64,000 bases of DNA from the NCBI GenBank assembly GCA_965248195.1, contig CBDFIQ010000002.1, positions 1,504,001 to 1,568,000 on the forward strand, in the 5' to 3' direction. The notes under the pieces were generated by a model. The model saw nothing but the letters and a program-made list of their open reading frames with translations. It ran no database searches and was not told the DNA's origin. The position numbers and the translations under genes are program-made. This document shows positions 1 through 10,369 of this stretch, piece by piece. Numbering within the stretch: the stretch's first letter is position 1; each line of letters opens with the position of its first letter. The DNA comes from Longimicrobiales bacterium (GTDB taxonomy: Bacteria; Gemmatimonadota; Gemmatimonadetes; Longimicrobiales; Gaopeijiaceae).

Positions 1-519
1 GTTGACGACGATGGCCCGTGTACGGTCCGTGACCAGAGAGGCCAACCGATCGGCGTCGAGACGGTACTCGGGAGGCGCGAGCGGCAGGAAGACGGGTTGG
101 GCCCCGCTGAGTACGGCGTCGGGACCGTAGTTCTCGTAGAACGGCTGTAGGATGATCACCTCGTCCCCGGGGTTGATGACCGCCAGCATGACGGCGGCCA
201 TCGCTTCCGTCGCACCGCACGTGACGGTGATCTCCTGATCACCCTCCACCTCCATGCCGTACCACTCCCGATACTTGGTTACGAGTGCCTCGCGCAGACG
301 GCGTGATCCCCACGTGATGGCATATTGATTACGATTGCAGCGAATCGCCTCGCAGGCCGCCTCCTTGAGCAGTTCGGGAGCCGGAAAATCCGGAAAACCC
401 TGAGCGAGATTGATGGCGTCGTACTCTCGAGTCACCCTGGTCATCTCACGAATGACCGACTCCGTGAACTCGTGGGTCCGTCGGGCAGTCCTTGTGGCGG
501 GCATGGGGTTCGTTTTCAT
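1..519 (-). CDS. PLP-dependent aminotransferase class I/II (N-terminal part; runs off window)
   Basis: Manual translation: MKTNPMPATRTARR..ESVIREMTR..AINLAQGFPDF..NQYAITWG..ITVTCGATEAM..NPGDEVIILQPFYENY..AIVVN; missing from ORF track because it is open at the edge. Confidence 0.9.
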   Translation of the reverse strand, partial: MKTNPMPATRTARRTHEFTESVIREMTRVTREYDAINLAQGFPDFPAPELLKEAACEAIRCNRNQYAITWGSRRLREALVTKYREWYGMEVEGDQEITVTCGATEAMAAVMLAVINPGDEVIILQPFYENYGPDAVLSGAQPVFLPLAPPEYRLDADRLASLVTDRTRAIVVN

Positions 520-796
520 GTAGTATGGTCCGGGTCCGGGGCCACCGTGGAACGGGGCTCGCACCCTTTTGTGGGTTCGTGGTCGGCCAAGGTTAGGATC
601 TCAGCCGCTTCCAGGGCAAGATCGACACCTACTCGGGCTTCGGACTCGGGCTCGCGCCCGCTGCTCCGGCTGTGGCTACGATTTTCTGGTGGCGTTCTGT
701 CGTTGATCCAGTTGGATCATTGATTGTTCAGCTCTCCGGAGATAGCCTCACATGTGAGCTTAGGTGATCAGTCCGGGAAACTGACGGGAGGATGCC

Positions 797-1399
797 ATGT
801 CTTGGGCGATTTCTGGGCAGAGTATGGAGATGTGTAACTGTAAGATGTTGTGCCCCTGCTGGCTCGGGCCGGAGGTCGAGCCTGACGAAGGATGGTGCGG
901 CGGCGCGTTCGGCTTCGATATTCAAACCGGGAATTCCGACGGCATCGACTTGAGCGGAACCGTCGTAGCGTTTGTAGGCGAGTGGCCGGGCAATTTTTTT
1001 GAAGGCAAAGGTTCGGCACGTCTCTACCTCGACCAGAACGCGTCGGCGGAGCAACGTGCTGCATTAGAGAAGATTTTTAATGGTAGCGACGGCGGCCCCT
1101 TGGAGCCGCTCTTCGGCGCCGTCATTGATAAGTGGTTACCGTCTCAGGTCGTCCAGCTCGATATCGATTGGGGTGAAGCTCCTTCTCTAGGCGTTGGGGA
1201 TATCGGGAAAGCAACGTTGAAACGACTAAAAGACGGTACTGGAAAATCGACCAAGGTAACCGGTGCAGCCGCCCAGGCCGGCTTTCAGTTCGCCAGCATG
1301 GATCTGGCCAGTAGCGGTGGTAGTCATTGGTCGGATCCCGATCTCCAGGACTGGGAAGGCAATTCCGGGACGCTCCACGAATTCAACTGGAGTAGCTGA
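797..1399 (+). CDS. DUF1326-like Cys-rich protein
   Basis: N-terminal EMCNCKMLCPC motif, GGGAGG RBS upstream, adjacent to a DUF2182-like gene. Confidence 0.8.
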   Translation: MSWAISGQSMEMCNCKMLCPCWLGPEVEPDEGWCGGAFGFDIQTGNSDGIDLSGTVVAFVGEWPGNFFEGKGSARLYLDQNASAEQRAALEKIFNGSDGGPLEPLFGAVIDKWLPSQVVQLDIDWGEAPSLGVGDIGKATLKRLKDGTGKSTKVTGAAAQAGFQFASMDLASSGGSHWSDPDLQDWEGNSGTLHEFNWSS

Positions 1400-1459
1400 C
1401 TCCAGAGAACAGCAGTAGCCGCATCGGGAACGAAAGGTTCGTAACTTCACGGCATCTTC

Positions 1460-2257
1460 ATGAACGCGGTAGCAGCCACATTTGATAGACTCCTGAGGAA
1501 CGAGCGCGCGGTCGTAGCTGCCGGACTCGTTGGAGTTATTTCACTATCGTGGCTCTATGTCCTGACTGGTGCTGGCATGGAAATGCCCAGTATGACGAGC
1601 GCCGTGGGCATGGTGGGAATTCAGACCGCTTGGAGCACGAGTTACTTCGTGCTCATGCTTTCGATGTGGTGGGTGATGATGCTCGCGATGATGTTGCCGA
1701 GTGCGGCCCCCATGATTCTGCTTCATTCCACCGTGAACCGTAGCCACCGGGAGCGAGGAAACGCCTTTGTGCCGACAGGTATCTTCGCTGCCGGTTATGT
1801 TGCTGTATGGGGTGTATTCAGTTTACTCGCCACGATCCTGCAGTGGGTATTAAAAGAAGCAGCCTTGCTTTCGCCGATGATGGCGAGCACTAGTATTTGG
1901 TTCGGTGCAGGCCTTCTGATAGCGGCAGGTATCTATCAATTCACGCCTCTGAAACAGGTTTGCCTCAAGCACTGCCAGTCCCCACTTACCTTTTTATTGA
2001 ATCATTGGCGCCCGGGCCGACAGGGCGCCCTCATTATGGGTCTGGAACACGGAGTTTACTGCCTTGGGTGCTGCTGGATGCTGATGGGGTTGTTGTTCTT
2101 GGGCGGGGTGATGAACCTGTTCTGGATCGCCGGATTGGCAGTTTTCGTTTTGATTGAGAAAATTCCAGCGGTCGGTGCTTGGATCCCTCGGATCAGCGGG
2201 GCGCTCTTGATTGTTTGGGGAGCGGGTCTTGCCTTGTCGCAGTTCGGCATCAGTTAG
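1460..2257 (+). CDS. DUF2182-like putative metal-binding integral membrane protein
   Basis: Met-rich MWWVMMLAMMLPSAAP, YQFTPLKQVCLKHC, YCLGCCW motifs; multiple TM helices. Confidence 0.85.
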   Translation: MNAVAATFDRLLRNERAVVAAGLVGVISLSWLYVLTGAGMEMPSMTSAVGMVGIQTAWSTSYFVLMLSMWWVMMLAMMLPSAAPMILLHSTVNRSHRERGNAFVPTGIFAAGYVAVWGVFSLLATILQWVLKEAALLSPMMASTSIWFGAGLLIAAGIYQFTPLKQVCLKHCQSPLTFLLNHWRPGRQGALIMGLEHGVYCLGCCWMLMGLLFLGGVMNLFWIAGLAVFVLIEKIPAVGAWIPRISGALLIVWGAGLALSQFGIS

Positions 2258-2270
2258 CGCGCCAAACTTG

Positions 2271-2924
2271 GTGCCGAGGAATTCGCCCCCGCTGCCTCCG
2301 ACCCGTTCGGGTTTCCCACCGGCGGCCTCCGCGGGGCTCGCCGCGGCAGCTCTCGCGGTCATGCTGGTGGGGTCACTTCTGATCCCGGGCCGGGGCGGCG
2401 CACAGATTTCCCCCCTGCATTGGGAAGTGAGCGGAGGGGCTTGGATTCCCAACGCCGATCTCGTCGGGGCTCCAGGCTTCGAGGGAACTGCATCCGCCGA
2501 CGCCAGCTTCGGCGTTCACTTCGTGCTGAGGAGTGGCCTGATCAGCTACGTGATCGGATTCAGTGAACACCGCTTCGGCTGCGCGGCCGGCCAATGCGGT
2601 GAGGCCGTGGACTTCGTATCCACGGCCTGGGATCTAGGTATACGTGTAAACCTCCGCGCAGCCGGGATCGTGCCGTGGGTGAGCCTGGGTACGAGCGCGG
2701 CTCTTTTCGACGCTCGTGTCGACACCGGGAGCGGCGTCCAGCGGGAGGGCTCCGACCGAGGCTGGGGCTACGAGGCGGGGGCCGGGTTTCTGATTCCGAT
2801 CGGGGGGCCGTTCGCGCTCAACCCGGGCGTACGCTACGGGCGAGGCGATGTCGATTTCGCTTCTCGGGGCACGTTGGAGACGCGATATATCATCACGGAC
2901 GTAGGCCTCGTCCTCGTCTTTTGA
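2271..2924 (+). CDS. Outer-membrane beta-barrel protein
   Basis: Signal-like N-terminus, alternating beta-strand pattern, C-terminal Phe; start uncertain (GTG 2271 or ATG 2361). Confidence 0.65.
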   Translation: MPRNSPPLPPTRSGFPPAASAGLAAAALAVMLVGSLLIPGRGGAQISPLHWEVSGGAWIPNADLVGAPGFEGTASADASFGVHFVLRSGLISYVIGFSEHRFGCAAGQCGEAVDFVSTAWDLGIRVNLRAAGIVPWVSLGTSAALFDARVDTGSGVQREGSDRGWGYEAGAGFLIPIGGPFALNPGVRYGRGDVDFASRGTLETRYIITDVGLVLVF

Positions 2925-2965
2925 ACCGTTACTCCGCCGCTTCTTCGAGGAGCAAGACGCGCGAT

Positions 2966-5900
2966 ATGAAGCCAAGATCCACCCCCGGTGTGCTCCTCCC
3001 TCTCCTCGCGCTGTTCGTGTTCCTGACGCCGGTCGCCGAGCCGGCGCTGGCACAGGTGAGCGCCGACCGGTTCGCGGGGATGCCCGCACGGAGCATCGGC
3101 CCGGCCGGTGCCACGGGGCGGATATCCGCGATCGACGCGGTCGTGGCGGATCCGAATGTCGTATATGTCGGGGCAGCCTCCGGTGGGGTCTGGAAGTCCG
3201 TGAATGGAGGCCAAACATGGCGAGCTGTGTTCGACGACCAGCCCGTGTCCTCCATCGCCTCGATTGTACTCAATCAAGCCAACCCCAGCATGGTGTGGGT
3301 GGGGATCGGGGAGGGGAACGGCGCGGGGGATACGGCCGTGGCCGGCGTGTACCGGTCGCTCGATGGCGGTGATACGTGGGCCGCTGGAGGGCTTCTCGGA
3401 ATCGAGGGGGTCCATCGGATTCTGTTGCACCCGTCAATCCCGGAGATCGTGTATGCGGGTGTCTCGGGTTTGAAATGGGAAGACGGAGAGGCCCGGGGGG
3501 TCTATAAGACCACGGATGGCGGGCAGACATGGAACCGCGTGCTTTTCGTGGACGAAAGAACCGGTGTCTCGGACCTGGTCATGGATCCGACCGATCCGGA
3601 CCGCCTTCTCGCGGCCATGTGGTCCACCCGAGGGTATCCATGGTCCGTCGAGACGAGGGGCCCGGGTAGCGTTCTCTTCCTGACGCGGGATGGCGGGGAG
3701 AGTTGGATCCGCCTGGCGGGGGTAGACGGGCTCCCCCCGGGAGACCTGGGCCGGATCGCGTTGGATGTCTTCCGTGCCGACCCGAGGGTCGTCTATGCTC
3801 TCGTGGACGCCGGCGAGGGTGTGCTCCTTCGTTCAGACAATCGAGGGCGCACGTGGCGCACGGTGAGGCGGAGTCCCGACCTGATGTCGCCACTGGATGA
3901 TCCGAGTGACATCGTGGCCGATCCCCTGAACGAGTCGAGGCTGTATTACCTCTCGTCTCGCCTCTCCGTGAGCGAGGACGGTGGAGAGAACTTCCTGAAT
4001 GATGGGTCCGGGTCCGGGTCCGGCCCCGGCTATCGAGTCCTGTGGATCCACCCCGAAGATCCGCGGTTGTTGTACGCAGGCACGGACCATGGCCTGTACG
4101 TGTCACGGGACGGCGGGGAGCAATGGGGTCCGATGGGCGGCCTCCCGCTGGGCCGGTTCAACCATGTCACGGTCGATATGGAGATCCCCTTCAACGTCTA
4201 TGGAGGATTAGAGCGCCAAGGGTCGTGGGTGGGACCAGCGTACGGGTGGGCGGCGGGTGGCGCCCGAAACCGTGACTGGATGGAGCTCGGGTCGGATGAC
4301 GGCTTTGCGGTCCTGGTCGATCCGACCGGGGCGAGCCGTGGATACGCCGTGGGCCGGAGCGGCGAGCTCATTCGCTTCAACCTGGAAACCGGCGAGCGGA
4401 AGCCGCTTCGACCGTGGGCTCCGGACTTCGCCGAGCTCCGCTTTAATCGGGACGCACCGATCGCGCTCGATCCACAGGATCCTGAAGGCATCTACTTTGG
4501 GAGTCAGTTCGTCCACAAGAGCGGGAATCGGGGTGGCACCTGGCAGATCATCAGCGGTGACCTGACTGCCAACGATCCGGCGAGACGACGTGAGGACCGG
4601 GAGAACGCCGCGGACACCAACGGATTTGGAACGGACGCAGGGACGGTGGACGGTCCCGAGGACGAGGGCGGCGCCACGCTCACGGTCATCGCGCCGAGTC
4701 CGGTCGACCGAGACGTGATCTGGGTCGGCACGGACGAGGGCGATGTTCAGCTGACCCAATCGGCTGGTGGGGAGTGGGAGAGCGTGCGGCGCCGAATCGA
4801 TCCCGTTCCGGACAGCGCTTGGGTCGCCCACATCGAGCCCTCCGTTTTCCGGCCGGGGTCGGCCTATGTGGCTTTCGACGCTCATCGAACGGGGAATCGG
4901 GAGCCGCTCATTTTTTGGACCGACAACTACGGCCGTGACTGGAGGAGGATCACCGGCACAGGGGACATCGAGGGAGTCGTCCATACCGTCGTGCAGGACC
5001 CGATCGTGGAGAGTCTGCTTTTCGCCGGGACGGAGGTGGGGTTGTACGTATCTCTGAATCGTGGCGAGGACTGGCTTAAATGGACTCACGGACTGCCGCC
5101 GGTGCCCGTGCAGGATCTCGTCCTGCATCCGCGTGATCACGATCTGGTGATCGCGACCCACGGGCGAGCCGCATACGTGCTGGACGACGTGCGGCCTCTC
5201 CGGGAGCTCGCCAGGAATCTGAGAAGAGACGAGCTCGAGCTTTTCCTCTTTGAGCCGCCGCCTGCGTTCATCCGCGGCACCCCGGCGTCGGATCGAGATG
5301 GCCGCTCGGCGGTGGATGCTGCTCCTCGGGGCCAGGACCGGCCCCCCGGGGTTCTCTTGACGTACTGGCTGGGTGCAAGCCCGAGCCAGGGTGGTGACGA
5401 CGTGGACGACAGCCAGGATCGAGTCGGCGACGCCGGTGAGGGGCGCCGCGCCGTCACGGTCGAGATTCTGGACTTCGAGGGACAGGTGGTGCGGACCTTC
5501 TCCGGCCCCGCGGCGCCAGGGGTGAATCGAATCGCCTGGGACCTCCGTGAGGACCCACCGACCCCCAGTGGGCCGCTGGGGGAGTTTTCCGACGCGGTGA
5601 TCGGGGCCGATGACGCTGGGGTTCGTTCAGCGGACGTGTTGCCCGGCTCGTTCATGGTTCGAATCTCGAGCGAGGGCGCCGAGAGCGTTCAGAGCCTGGA
5701 AGTCCGGGCGGATGTCAGGGTGGACATCGATTTGGTGGTGCGGATCGCAAAGTATCAGGCGGTGAAACGTGGCTTGGTGCTCGACGCGAGACTGAGGGCG
5801 CTCCGGGCGGCGATCGCCAGTGTCCATGACGAGCTCCAAAGAGTGAGCGACTCGGTGGGCGCCCGAGGTTTTGCAGGGGATGTGGAACTGCTCGAAACCA

Positions 5901-6160
5901 GCCAGAGCCTGGGTGACGAGCTGAGAGAGTTGGCCGATTTTCGGGGCGTGATGAGATATCGTCCCGGAGTTCTCGGACTCGCCTCGTCCTACGACGCTCC
6001 GACCGAGGGACAGCGCCTCGATCTGATCCGCATGGAGGAGGAACTCGATGGACTCATGCGGAGGATCGGTGATTTCTTGATTCTGGACATCAACCGTTTC
6101 GCTCGCAGGGTGTACGCGGCCGGTCTGGAGGTATCCTTCTTCATCGGGCCTATCGGTTAA
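2966..6160 (+). CDS. Secreted VPS10/sortilin-like BNR-repeat beta-propeller protein (glycosyl hydrolase-like)
   Basis: Signal peptide from ATG 2966; RSIGPAGATGRI; repeated SxDGGxTW Asp-boxes; ATHGR motif; C-terminal helical region. Confidence 0.85.
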   Translation: MKPRSTPGVLLPLLALFVFLTPVAEPALAQVSADRFAGMPARSIGPAGATGRISAIDAVVADPNVVYVGAASGGVWKSVNGGQTWRAVFDDQPVSSIASIVLNQANPSMVWVGIGEGNGAGDTAVAGVYRSLDGGDTWAAGGLLGIEGVHRILLHPSIPEIVYAGVSGLKWEDGEARGVYKTTDGGQTWNRVLFVDERTGVSDLVMDPTDPDRLLAAMWSTRGYPWSVETRGPGSVLFLTRDGGESWIRLAGVDGLPPGDLGRIALDVFRADPRVVYALVDAGEGVLLRSDNRGRTWRTVRRSPDLMSPLDDPSDIVADPLNESRLYYLSSRLSVSEDGGENFLNDGSGSGSGPGYRVLWIHPEDPRLLYAGTDHGLYVSRDGGEQWGPMGGLPLGRFNHVTVDMEIPFNVYGGLERQGSWVGPAYGWAAGGARNRDWMELGSDDGFAVLVDPTGASRGYAVGRSGELIRFNLETGERKPLRPWAPDFAELRFNRDAPIALDPQDPEGIYFGSQFVHKSGNRGGTWQIISGDLTANDPARRREDRENAADTNGFGTDAGTVDGPEDEGGATLTVIAPSPVDRDVIWVGTDEGDVQLTQSAGGEWESVRRRIDPVPDSAWVAHIEPSVFRPGSAYVAFDAHRTGNREPLIFWTDNYGRDWRRITGTGDIEGVVHTVVQDPIVESLLFAGTEVGLYVSLNRGEDWLKWTHGLPPVPVQDLVLHPRDHDLVIATHGRAAYVLDDVRPLRELARNLRRDELELFLFEPPPAFIRGTPASDRDGRSAVDAAPRGQDRPPGVLLTYWLGASPSQGGDDVDDSQDRVGDAGEGRRAVTVEILDFEGQVVRTFSGPAAPGVNRIAWDLREDPPTPSGPLGEFSDAVIGADDAGVRSADVLPGSFMVRISSEGAESVQSLEVRADVRVDIDLVVRIAKYQAVKRGLVLDARLRALRAAIASVHDELQRVSDSVGARGFAGDVELLETSQSLGDELRELADFRGVMRYRPGVLGLASSYDAPTEGQRLDLIRMEEELDGLMRRIGDFLILDINRFARRVYAAGLEVSFFIGPIG

Positions 6161-6162
6161 TC

Positions 6163-7089
6163 GTGATGGTCCGGAAGCTTCTCCTTTGGGGCTCGGAGAA
6201 CGAGTTCTTGAGGGAGCACGTGGCACGCTTCGCGTTTGTGCAGCGGGCGGTACGGCGGTTCATGCCGGGGGAGACGTCCGAGGCCGCGATCGAAGAAGCG
6301 GTGAAGCTGAGAGCGTCACGAATCACCTCCGTCCTGGCGCTCCTGGGGGAAAACGTGACGGAAGCGGATGAAGCCGCCGATGTCACGCGACATTATCAGG
6401 GCGTGTTGGAGGCGATCGGCGACCGGGATCTGGAGGCCGAGATTTCCGTGAAGCTGACACAGCTCGGAGTCGACATCGGGCGCGACGTGGCAGCGGCCAA
6501 CCTGGAAAGCATCTTGGCCACCGCGGAGGAGCGCGGGCAATTCGTGTGGATCGACGTTGAGAGCAGCGGCTACGTCGACCGAACGCTGGACCTGTATCGG
6601 GCGGCGCGTTCGCGACATCCCAACACCGGCATCTGTCTCCAGTCCTACCTCTATCGGACGGCCGGGGATCTCGCGGCGTTGCTTCCGATCAACCCTTCGA
6701 TCCGGCTCGTGAAGGGTGCATACGCCGAGCCCGAGAAGGTCGCCTACCCCCGGAAGAAAGATGTCGACCGGAACTACTTCGAGCTGGCGAGGACACTTCT
6801 CGACGCGGTGCGCGGGGGTGGGGTGCGTGCCGCGTTCGCGACGCACGACGTGCGGCTGATTCGGGACATCGAGGACGAGGCGGCTCAGCGTGGGATCGCG
6901 CGTGGCGATCTGGAGTTCCAGATGTTGTACGGTATTGAGACGGCCAAACAGAAGGCATTGGCCGCGAAGGGCTACAGGGTCGAAGTGTTGATCAGCTACG
7001 GGACCGCCTGGTTCCCGTGGTATATGAGGCGTCTGGCCGAGAGACCCGCCAACCTTTGGTTCGTAGTGAGAAAGATGGCGTCCCGCTGA
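6163..7089 (+). CDS. Monofunctional proline dehydrogenase
   Basis: SVKLTQLG, IRLVKGAY, FATHD, EFQMLYG, YMRRLAERPAN motifs. Confidence 0.92.
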   Translation: MMVRKLLLWGSENEFLREHVARFAFVQRAVRRFMPGETSEAAIEEAVKLRASRITSVLALLGENVTEADEAADVTRHYQGVLEAIGDRDLEAEISVKLTQLGVDIGRDVAAANLESILATAEERGQFVWIDVESSGYVDRTLDLYRAARSRHPNTGICLQSYLYRTAGDLAALLPINPSIRLVKGAYAEPEKVAYPRKKDVDRNYFELARTLLDAVRGGGVRAAFATHDVRLIRDIEDEAAQRGIARGDLEFQMLYGIETAKQKALAAKGYRVEVLISYGTAWFPWYMRRLAERPANLWFVVRKMASR

Positions 7090-8366
7090 ACGGCGTCGGC
7101 GTCGGGGACGGCGACCCGAGGTGCTGGCGTGCTCTGGCCCTCGTCTCCCTGGCGGTCCTTCTCGGGATGTCCGTCTGGTTCACCGCGAGTGCCGTGGCTC
7201 CGGAACTGGAACGCCGTTGGGACCTGAGCTCCAATCAGGTGGCGTGGCTCACGACACTCGTCCAGTTGGGCTTCGTGGCCGGCACCATCCTGGCGGCGGT
7301 GATGAACCTGGCGGACGTCGTTCCGTCGAGGATCTATTTTTCGATATCGGCGGTTTTGGCGGCTGCCGTGAACGCGCTGCTCGTAGGCGTGTCGGCGTAT
7401 GAGAGCGCCCTGATCCTACGGTTCCTCACGGGATTCTTCTTGGCGGGTGTCTACCCGCCGGCCATGAAGATGATGGCCACGTGGTTCCGCTCGGCGCGGG
7501 GACTTGCGATCGGCACCGTCGTGGGGGCGCTCACGGTGGGGAAGGCGACCCCCTATCTCTTCAAGCTGTTGGGTGGTGCTCCGGTGTCCGCGGTGGTGTG
7601 GGGCGCGTCGGGAGGCGCCGCGCTCGGCGGGCTCCTGGTCGCGGTCGCGTATAGAGAGGGTCCCCACCCCTTCCGACGGGCGCCCTTCTCATGGGGACTG
7701 GTGGCCGAGGTGGTGCGGCACAGGCCTACCCGCCTCGCCACGTACGGGTACCTCGGGCACATGTGGGAACTCTACGCGATGTGGACCTGGGTACCGGCCT
7801 TCCTGGCGGCGAGCGCCGGGGCGAGGGCAGCGAGTGCGGGGGTAGCGGCGGCGGGGGTAGCGGGGGCGATGGGAGCCGCCGGTGTGGACGCTGGCTCCCT
7901 CACAACCCGCTCGGTGGACCTGGCCTCCTTTTCCGCGATCGCGGTGGGCGGGATCGGGTGCGTCTGGGGTGGGTGGATGGCGGATCGAATCGGGAGGGGG
8001 CGCTTCGTCAACTTGGCCATGGCGGTGAGCGGGGCGTGTTCCCTGGCCGTGGGCGCCTTTTTCGGGCAGAGCTTCTGGATATTGCTCCCCTTGGTGCTCG
8101 TATGGGGTCTTTTCGTCGTCGCCGATTCGGCGCAATTCAGTGCCATGGTCACCGAGGTCGCCCCTCAACAGGGTGTCGGCACGGCATTGACGCTCCAGAC
8201 CTCGGTCGGGTTTCTGCTCACGATGGTGACCATCCAGGGGGTTCCGGTGCTGCAGGAGTCGTTCGGCTGGGGCTTGGCATTTCCGGTCCTCGCACTCGGT
8301 CCGATTCTCGGGATCGCCGCGATTCGAAAGTTCGACCATGGGGCCGGAACCGGCTCGCCAAGCTAG
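7086..8366 (+). CDS. MFS transporter
   Basis: About 12 TM helices, GHMWELYAMW and VADSAQFS motifs; start uncertain (no ATG near the ProDH stop, CTG at 7086 overlaps it). Confidence 0.85.
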   Translation: MNGVGVGDGDPRCWRALALVSLAVLLGMSVWFTASAVAPELERRWDLSSNQVAWLTTLVQLGFVAGTILAAVMNLADVVPSRIYFSISAVLAAAVNALLVGVSAYESALILRFLTGFFLAGVYPPAMKMMATWFRSARGLAIGTVVGALTVGKATPYLFKLLGGAPVSAVVWGASGGAALGGLLVAVAYREGPHPFRRAPFSWGLVAEVVRHRPTRLATYGYLGHMWELYAMWTWVPAFLAASAGARAASAGVAAAGVAGAMGAAGVDAGSLTTRSVDLASFSAIAVGGIGCVWGGWMADRIGRGRFVNLAMAVSGACSLAVGAFFGQSFWILLPLVLVWGLFVVADSAQFSAMVTEVAPQQGVGTALTLQTSVGFLLTMVTIQGVPVLQESFGWGLAFPVLALGPILGIAAIRKFDHGAGTGSPS

Positions 8367-9180
8367 CGAGCACAACACCCGCCATCACCGCCACCATCGG
8401 CATCGCGATTTCAATTGCACCCGGCCCCTGCAGACCCGTCTCCAGCGACAACAGCCAGACCACCAGCATGCCGCCGCGCACGTGCGATGGGTTCAGCGCC
8501 CGCCCGCCGACATCGCCCACGGATGACACGCTGCGTAGACTCAGCGAGAGCACGAGGAACGCCAGCAGCGTGACGGCGGTGATCACGTCCCGAGGCTCCA
8601 ATTGGAACGTCACCTCCAGGTTCGCATTCCCGATCAGCCACACCTGAATCACCACGGCCGCGAGGCAGACGGCCGCGAACAGCCACTGCCGTCGGTTGGG
8701 GTCGGCAAGGCGGGCGTCGAGCACGAGAGCCAGCGCCGCGACCACGCCCGCCAACGGGTTGTGAAGGCTGACCATGGTCCAGATCACCAGTCCAGTGACG
8801 ATCACCGAGTCGCCCGCCCGGGCCGTCAGTCCGGTGCTGCGGTTGACGATGCGTGACAGGGCCAGCGCGGTGAACAGCAAAAGCAGGCTGGGCGAAGGCC
8901 ACCACCACAAGAAAACGAACCCCAGCGCCGCTCCAACGAACGCGGCAGCGTTGTCATCCGGCACCAGCTCCCTGCCCAGCGCCCAGCAAGCGAACACGAT
9001 CAACAACGCCTCCAGGGCGCCTGCCGCGCTCTCGCCCGGACCGACTCCCTGCATGGGCGTGGCCACACCCGCGATCAACGCCGCCACCGGCATCAAGATC
9101 AGGATGGCCTTGTTGCTTGGGTACTTCGGCTCGAGGGGCCTCCCGATGGAGGTGACGCGATAAATCCTGTGCTCGCTCAC
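8218..9180 (-). CDS. Hypothetical integral membrane protein
   Basis: Multi-TM 320-aa ORF (WALGRELVPD); hydrophilic tail overlaps the MFS 3' end. Confidence 0.65.
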   Translation of the reverse strand: MSEHRIYRVTSIGRPLEPKYPSNKAILILMPVAALIAGVATPMQGVGPGESAAGALEALLIVFACWALGRELVPDDNAAAFVGAALGFVFLWWWPSPSLLLLFTALALSRIVNRSTGLTARAGDSVIVTGLVIWTMVSLHNPLAGVVAALALVLDARLADPNRRQWLFAAVCLAAVVIQVWLIGNANLEVTFQLEPRDVITAVTLLAFLVLSLSLRSVSSVGDVGGRALNPSHVRGGMLVVWLLSLETGLQGPGAIEIAMPMVAVMAGVVLASLASRFRPHGRTFESRRSRESDRVRGPEMPSPSRTTPAAPEPPGWSPS

Positions 9181-9269
9181 GGCAGTCTCTGGTGCGGTGT
9201 GACCTGAAGCCGGCTATCGTAGGCCGACACGAACGACATCCCTGTGGGCCTCCCTCGCGGAGCAATCCT

Positions 9270-10100
9270 ATGGCTGTGAGTGACCTTTCCTCTCATCTCA
9301 CACTTGACGAGCACGGCATCTGGCGCGCACGGGAAACGGAGGAAATCTCCTATCCCGACACCGGGAACGCGGAGAGCTTTCAACTCGAGGATAACTCCTT
9401 TTGGTTTCGGCATCGTAATGCCTGCATCGTGGCGCTGGTCAAACGGTTTCACCCCGAGGGGGCGATCGTCGACGTGGGGGGAGGCAACGGGTTTGTCGCG
9501 CAGGCACTGATCAACGCTGGCTTCGACTGCATCTTGCTCGAACCGGGACCCACGGGGGCGCTGAACGCCACGATCCATCGCAAAATTCCCGAGGTGATTT
9601 GTTCGACCATTCAAGGCGCACGATTTGAATCTTCGTCTGTGGCCGCGGTGGGCCTCTTCGACGTGCTGGAGCACTTGGAAGACGATCATGAGATGGTGGC
9701 CGATTTGGCGCGTGTGCTGAAAACCGATGGGCTCTTCTTCGGCACCGTTCCGGCTCATCAATGGTTATGGTCCACAGCGGACGAGTTCGCGCAACACCAT
9801 CGGCGGTACACCCGAGAGTCTCTGCTCAGCCTGCTGGGTAGGGACTACGACGTCTTGTATTCAACCTACTTTTTTCGAGCTCTGACTCTCCCAATTTATA
9901 TGGTGCGCGCTCTACCGTTCCGGCTCGGTCTCACCAAGAAGGAGGGCCTCATGAGTGCGGGGGCTGAACACGGCACCGATCAAGGCTTGGCCGCGGGTAT
10001 GATCTCACGAGTGCTCGCTGGGGAGCTCGCGCGAGTGGAGCGCGGCGTCAGCCAGAGTTGGGGAGCGAGCTTGCTCTTCGCTGCGCGCAAGAAGTCGTGA
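9270..10100 (+). CDS. Class I SAM-dependent methyltransferase
   Basis: DVGGGNG motif I, FDVLEH, TVPAHQWLWS..D..HHRRY. Confidence 0.88.
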   Translation: MAVSDLSSHLTLDEHGIWRARETEEISYPDTGNAESFQLEDNSFWFRHRNACIVALVKRFHPEGAIVDVGGGNGFVAQALINAGFDCILLEPGPTGALNATIHRKIPEVICSTIQGARFESSSVAAVGLFDVLEHLEDDHEMVADLARVLKTDGLFFGTVPAHQWLWSTADEFAQHHRRYTRESLLSLLGRDYDVLYSTYFFRALTLPIYMVRALPFRLGLTKKEGLMSAGAEHGTDQGLAAGMISRVLAGELARVERGVSQSWGASLLFAARKKS

Positions 10101-10369
10101 CCAGCGCCTGGGATCCCCGCCGGATTCTGTCCCTCCCGGCGGCATACCGCTTGTTCTCGAATCTGGTGGGAGGTCACCGCTCCCGGACGGAGTGCGTCAC
10201 CCGGTACATCCGGCCACGAGTGTCGGATCGGGTGCTGGACTGCGGCTGCGGTCCGGGCGATCTCTGCGAGTACCTCCCGGACGTGGACTACGTGGGAATC
10301 GATATCGATGCGCGGTATATTGCCGAGGCGGCAGAAGCTGGCAGATTCGTATCTGATTGGGGTAATTGA
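10097..10369 (+). pseudogene. Truncated class I SAM methyltransferase (5' part)
   Basis: GTGA overlap with the previous gene; VLDCGCGPG and YVGIDID motifs, then ends after ~90 codons at the integrative-element boundary. Confidence 0.75.

Noticed and set aside
703..720. TTGAT..ATCAT as an FNR site
   Set aside because: Spacer is 8 bp rather than 4; kept only as a generic palindrome
325..723. 132-aa plus-strand ORF
   Set aside because: Antisense to the aminotransferase start; no recognisable features
7836..7865. 15-bp tandem duplication in the MFS gene
   Set aside because: In-frame Ala/Gly-rich loop expansion; unremarkable
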